From Minisyncoccota bacterium (GTDB lineage: Bacteria > Patescibacteriota > Minisyncoccia > Phycocordibacterales > UBA1006): a stretch of DNA of 64,000 bases. The translations under genes and the position numbers were made by a program. The notes under the pieces are model-generated. The model saw nothing but the letters and a program-made list of their open reading frames with translations. It was not told the DNA's origin and ran no database searches. Every line of letters begins with the position of its first letter. The stretch's first letter is position 1. The stretch is taken from NCBI GenBank assembly GCA_028697455.1, contig JAQVEZ010000001.1:67902-131901 (forward strand), written 5' to 3'. This document shows positions 59,923-64,000 of this stretch, in pieces.

Positions 59923-60570
59923 TCAGAGAAAGAAAGAACCTACTCTCTCACCCAAAAAAGAGAATGCTTTTTTAAGGAGTATTGAAATTCCTAACAAAGC
60001 AAGCCCTGAGGTAAGAAGGGCGAGTGAATACAATAGGCCAAAGAATAATCCTAAGGACATTCCCCAAATGAAAAAATAAAAATTCATATTGAGGAGAAGA
60101 AGGAGCACTGCTTGCAAACTTCCTCTTTTAATTGTTCCTTTATACTCAGGATCGCTTCCAGCAAAAAATATTGCCAGTACCTCAAGCAAAATGACCAACT
60201 GAAGGAATAAAAAGAACACTCCATCTCCCGTTATTTTATACAAGATAACAACAGCGAGAAAACTTGCTCCCACAATAACAGGGTAGAGGAAGAAATGACC
60301 CATCAAGGTTACTTTCTTGATATTCTTTTTTCTCACTTTTCTTAAGATCTTAAAGATCAAAAGAAAGATCGAGAAAGAAAGAACGGGGACAAAAGAGTCA
60401 AGAATGGAAAATTGAAAATATCCAAAACTCACAAGCCCTTGGATATCCAAGGTTTTTTTCACGGGAGAAAAAAGCTCGAGATCCTTGCCTCTTTTCGTTA
60501 AGAAAAGAACCAAAGACACAAGGAGAGAGATTCCCCACACAAACCAAAAAAGAGATCTAAGTTTCTTCAT
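59923..60570 (-). CDS. Hypothetical multi-TM protein
   Basis: About six hydrophobic segments; own ATG. Confidence 0.65.
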   Translation of the reverse strand: MKKLRSLFWFVWGISLLVSLVLFLTKRGKDLELFSPVKKTLDIQGLVSFGYFQFSILDSFVPVLSFSIFLLIFKILRKVRKKNIKKVTLMGHFFLYPVIVGASFLAVVILYKITGDGVFFLFLQLVILLEVLAIFFAGSDPEYKGTIKRGSLQAVLLLLLNMNFYFFIWGMSLGLFFGLLYSLALLTSGLALLGISILLKKAFSFLGERVGSFFL

Positions 60571-60671
60571 TTTTTAATAATTATTTAACTAAATTATATT
60601 AATAAATAATTTATTGTCAATATCATAAAGAACTAAAAAAGAACCCTTTCGGATTCTTTTTTCAGTATTTT

Positions 60672-60776
60672 TTACTTAAAGATTTTTTCTTTTAAATCTT
60701 CATATGAGGATATCATGTCGTATTTGATATCACCTGTATTAAGTGACTCAAATTTATTATTAAAAATCGTGATCAT
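60672..60776 (-). CDS. Candidate small protein (34 aa, MITIFNNKFESLNTGDIKYDMISSYEDLKEKIFK)
   Basis: TG-n-TACAAT upstream; terminator GAATCC-gaaa-GGGTTC-T6 downstream. Confidence 0.4.
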   Translation of the reverse strand: MITIFNNKFESLNTGDIKYDMISSYEDLKEKIFK

Positions 60777-60908
60777 ATTATGTTTTTTTACTAATTTTGA
60801 TAAACGTTTTCACAATATATGTAAATTGTACCAAAAAAGACAAAAAATAGAATTTTAAATTTATTTTTAAAACCTAAAAACACCCAATACTTCGTATTGG
60901 GTGTTTAA

Positions 60909-61027
60909 GGTCATATGACCCTCATGGGTCTCGTTTCGTACTCTGCACTCACTACGACCTCATTCGCTCGACCCCGCCGTCGCCTACGGACTTCGTCCGG
61001 CTTCGCAGGCGACTTTTTTCGAATCCT
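60909..61027 (-). repeat. tRNA-associated structured element, copy B
   Basis: 55/62 nt identity to 52194-52255; lies downstream of tRNA-Gln. Confidence 0.8.
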
Positions 61028-61088
61028 TTCTGATCAGGTAAAGCAAAAAGCATCTCCATACTTTTGTATGAAGATGCTCTGCTTTATG

Positions 61089-61159
61089 CTGCCAGACTAG
61101 GATTCGAACCTAGATAGTCGGCGCCAGAAGCCGAAGTCCTACCATTAGACGATCTGGCA
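61089..61159 (-). tRNA. tRNA-Gln(CTG)
   Basis: TGCCAGA/TCTGGCA acceptor; TCGGC-TT-CTG-GC-GCCGA anticodon arm. Confidence 0.95.
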
Positions 61160-61174
61160 ATACAAAAACGTGTA

Positions 61175-62098
61175 TTACACGTTTAGATATTTTCTTGTTG
61201 CAAAGTGTGAGGATATTACTCCTATAATAATTCCTACCACAATTGTCAAAACAAAGAAAGAAAAAATATTCGTCATAAAGTATCCAAAGAGGTTCATCCC
61301 CCCAAAGAAGGTCTCAGTATATGCTCCCAAACGTTGAGTTACAAAGAAGAGAATAATCATCGTCAGAACAGCTGAAATTGCACCGTAGAGAGCTCCTGCC
61401 ATAATAAAGGGTCCTCGAATATATCGTGGCTCAGCACCAACAAGACGCTTGATGATAATCTCCTTCTTTGATGAGTAGATAGCGATTCGAATGGTGCTCA
61501 TAATGACAAGGAGAGCAATCACCCCAAAGAAGACAATAATAAAGGATCCTACATTGTGAGCAGTATGACTAAACTGATTAAGCCTATCAATAATCGTTTT
61601 GTTGTCGTAATAGTTAATCCTTTCTACAAAGCTTGTATTTGACACTGCTGGGTCAGCCTCGATGGTTTCAACGATACTTTCGTACCTTGTTGAGTCATAA
61701 GCTCGTATATTAAGGGCTGCTCCAAGAGGATTTGTTCCAAGCTCTTCAAGTGATTGTATAATAAGAGGATCTCCCTCATGTCGGTTCTTGAAATTAGCAT
61801 ATGCTTCTTCTCGTGAGATATACTGTACTTCTCGTATTTCTGAGGTTTTTTCAAGTCGATCAGCAAGAGCAATAATATCTTCTTCAGGAACTTCTGGATA
61901 AAAATATACATTGACATCGACTCTGTCTTCAAGTTGTTTTAAAGAAAAATCCAAAACACCATTGAGAAATACCAATGAACTCAAAACAATCAAGGTCATT
62001 GTCATCACCACAACCGTAGAAATAGAGACAACCTTATTTCGCCAAAAGGCAACAAACCCTTCTCGTGTTATTCTTTTGAAATCTAATTTTAATGACAT
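61175..62098 (-). CDS. ftsX: Cell division permease FtsX
   Basis: 4-TM layout, Y.SREEA...F, NPL, RLVGA...YIRGPF; follows ftsE. Confidence 0.92.
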   Translation of the reverse strand: MSLKLDFKRITREGFVAFWRNKVVSISTVVVMTMTLIVLSSLVFLNGVLDFSLKQLEDRVDVNVYFYPEVPEEDIIALADRLEKTSEIREVQYISREEAYANFKNRHEGDPLIIQSLEELGTNPLGAALNIRAYDSTRYESIVETIEADPAVSNTSFVERINYYDNKTIIDRLNQFSHTAHNVGSFIIVFFGVIALLVIMSTIRIAIYSSKKEIIIKRLVGAEPRYIRGPFIMAGALYGAISAVLTMIILFFVTQRLGAYTETFFGGMNLFGYFMTNIFSFFVLTIVVGIIIGVISSHFATRKYLNV

Positions 62099-62102
62099 AT
62101 CT

Positions 62103-62792
62103 TTATTCTTTAGTATGGTAAGTTCCCTTCTCTTGATCTCGAGTGATTCGACCTTCTTCAAGTTTAACGACTCTCTTCTTGAGTGCGTCAACGATATCTT
62201 TGTCGTGAGTTGCCATGATAACCGTTGTTCCTAGTTCGTTGATTTTCTTGAGAATGCTAAGAACTTCTTTTGAACCTTCTGGATCAAGCGATCCTGTTGG
62301 TTCATCGGCAATGAGAATATCTGGCTGATTAATGATAGCTCGCGCAATAGTAAGTCGTTGTTGTTCCCCTCCTGAGAGTTGATGTGGAAAATGAAACATT
62401 TTTTGAGAAAGCCCAACAAGCTCAAGCGCATAAGGAACGTCTTCATGAATATCTTTATCACTTTTTCCTACCATTTCCATGGCAAAAGCCACGTTCTCAA
62501 AAACTGTTTTGTTTTCGAGGAGTTTATAATCCTGGAAAATAACCCCTATTTTTTGTCGATATTTGGGGATATCATGCTTTTTGAGGTTATGAATATTTAC
62601 TTCATTAAAGTAAACAGTCCCAGAACTTGGTTTTTCTTCGGCTAAAAGGAGTCGGATGAGAGTTGTCTTCCCCGCTCCCGATGGCCCGATGAGAGTAACG
62701 AACTCTCCTTTGTTAATTTTTAAATCAATGTCATACACAGAAACATTTTTCTCTTGGTATGTCTTTGAAACTTTATCGAATATTATCATCAC
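62103..62792 (-). CDS. ftsE: Cell division ATP-binding protein FtsE
   Basis: GPSGAGKT, IGVIFQDYKLL, LSGGEQQR, ADEPTG. Confidence 0.93.
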   Translation of the reverse strand: MMIIFDKVSKTYQEKNVSVYDIDLKINKGEFVTLIGPSGAGKTTLIRLLLAEEKPSSGTVYFNEVNIHNLKKHDIPKYRQKIGVIFQDYKLLENKTVFENVAFAMEMVGKSDKDIHEDVPYALELVGLSQKMFHFPHQLSGGEQQRLTIARAIINQPDILIADEPTGSLDPEGSKEVLSILKKINELGTTVIMATHDKDIVDALKKRVVKLEEGRITRDQEKGTYHTKE

Positions 62793-62831
62793 AAGTGTTA
62801 TTTTATCACAAAGAACAAAGAGGCCAAATTT

Positions 62832-63701
62832 TTAAGACTCTTTTATAAAAATATCAATATCACCAGCAAGGACACCCTTAACATCATCGGTTTCAATTTC
62901 TTTCTGGTGGTCTTTTACTTTTTGATAAGGGTCGAGAATATATGATCTCATTTGATTTCCCCACTCAATAGAGACTTTGTCAGAAAGAGTCATCCCTTTT
63001 GATTTTTTCTCTTCGTCTTCAAGAAATTTCTTATAAAGTTTTGCCCTCATGATTTCAAGAGCTCGGTCTCGATTTCTTTCTTGAGTTCTTCCTTCGGAGA
63101 TAAAAACTGAAAAACCTGTTTTAGGATGAACAACTCTCACCGCCGTCTCTCTTTTGTTAACGTTTTGTCCCCCAGCACCTCCAGAACGAGCAAAGCTTAT
63201 TTCAAGTTCTGATTCATCAAGAGAAAAATCGTTCTTTTCAAGCTCTGGTAATACTTCTACCAAGGCGAAACTCGTTTGCCTTTTTCCTTGTTTATTAAAA
63301 GGTGATTTTCGCACAAGGCGATGTACCCCTGATTCTCCCTTGAGGTTTTTATACACATTTTTTCCTGAAACAAAAAAAGAACAACTTCTCATTCCCCTAA
63401 GATCATTATGTGAGATATCAAGAATCTGGAGATCCCATCCTCTTTTTTGGATAAAGGCTTGATACATCTCAAAAAGCATTCGAACAAAATCCTCAGCGTC
63501 ATCTCCTCCTGCTCCTGCAAAAATCGAAATACTTGTATTTCCAGAATCATACTTATTTTTTCCGAGAAGTTGTTTCTTTAGTTCTGCTATTTCTGAAATA
63601 ATTAATTGAGCTCTTGTTTTGTCGTTCCAAAAAGACGGGGAAAGCATCTCTTTTTCATATTCTTCTATTTTGAGCTGTATTTCTTTTAGAGAGTCTTCCA
63701 T
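62832..63701 (-). CDS. prfB: Peptide chain release factor 2, shortened
   Basis: GESGVHRLVRKSPF (SPF), GAGGQNVNK (GGQ), WGNQ.RSY. Confidence 0.9.
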   Translation of the reverse strand: MEDSLKEIQLKIEEYEKEMLSPSFWNDKTRAQLIISEIAELKKQLLGKNKYDSGNTSISIFAGAGGDDAEDFVRMLFEMYQAFIQKRGWDLQILDISHNDLRGMRSCSFFVSGKNVYKNLKGESGVHRLVRKSPFNKQGKRQTSFALVEVLPELEKNDFSLDESELEISFARSGGAGGQNVNKRETAVRVVHPKTGFSVFISEGRTQERNRDRALEIMRAKLYKKFLEDEEKKSKGMTLSDKVSIEWGNQMRSYILDPYQKVKDHQKEIETDDVKGVLAGDIDIFIKES

Positions 63702-63796
63702 AGATGTTCAATGTACCAAAGAAGCTAAAAAAATTCAACGAAAGTATGCTATACTAGCACTTGTCGGATTTATAAAAGACAAAAATAATATTAATT

Positions 63797-64000
63797 ATGA
63801 CATTACAAAATAAAATTAACCTTTCTTTAGGGATTTCAGCAATTGCACTGATAGTAGCTATTCTCTCTCTTTTTTTGGGAGGAAAAGCCCCTTCTCAAGC
63901 GGCAGGAACTCCAGCTGAATTTCTTAAAAATGTTGCGAAAGAGGCAGGTTTAAAATCAAAAGCTTTTGATCAATGTTTAGAAAGTTCTGAAACAAGAGAT
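63797..64000 (+). CDS. Membrane-anchored DsbA/thioredoxin-like protein (3'-truncated by the window)
   Basis: TM followed by LKNVAKEAGLKSKAFDQCLES; frame open to the window end. Confidence 0.55.
   Translation, partial: MTLQNKINLSLGISAIALIVAILSLFLGGKAPSQAAGTPAEFLKNVAKEAGLKSKAFDQCLESSETRD

Overview
A 64-kb, AT-rich chromosomal segment, most consistent with a Patescibacteria/CPR (Parcubacteria-like) genome. This is inferred from the compact proteins (short AspRS, GluRS, UvrC, RF2), near-leaderless genes and code-11 stops. Content is mostly housekeeping: murE/murG/ftsW/mraY/murJ/PBP2/ftsEX, a full F1Fo ATP synthase operon, five aminoacyl-tRNA synthetases, lepA, relA, parB, scpAB and seven tRNAs, with scattered single-gene accessory insertions. 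The most notable signals are non-coding: (1) an Asp-specific T-box riboswitch with an ultrashort stem I and an intrinsic terminator, with an Mrr-family nuclease gene lying between it and aspS; (2) two copies of a structured element downstream of tRNAs, each beginning with an inverted copy of its own tRNA's T-arm; (3) a dif-like 11-6-11 site where gene orientation switches; (4) an orphan promoter-to-terminator structured RNA and several micro-ORF units; (5) loss of Fe-S cysteine ligands in Nth, UvrC and RlmD. All calls come from reading the sequence; no database searches were run.
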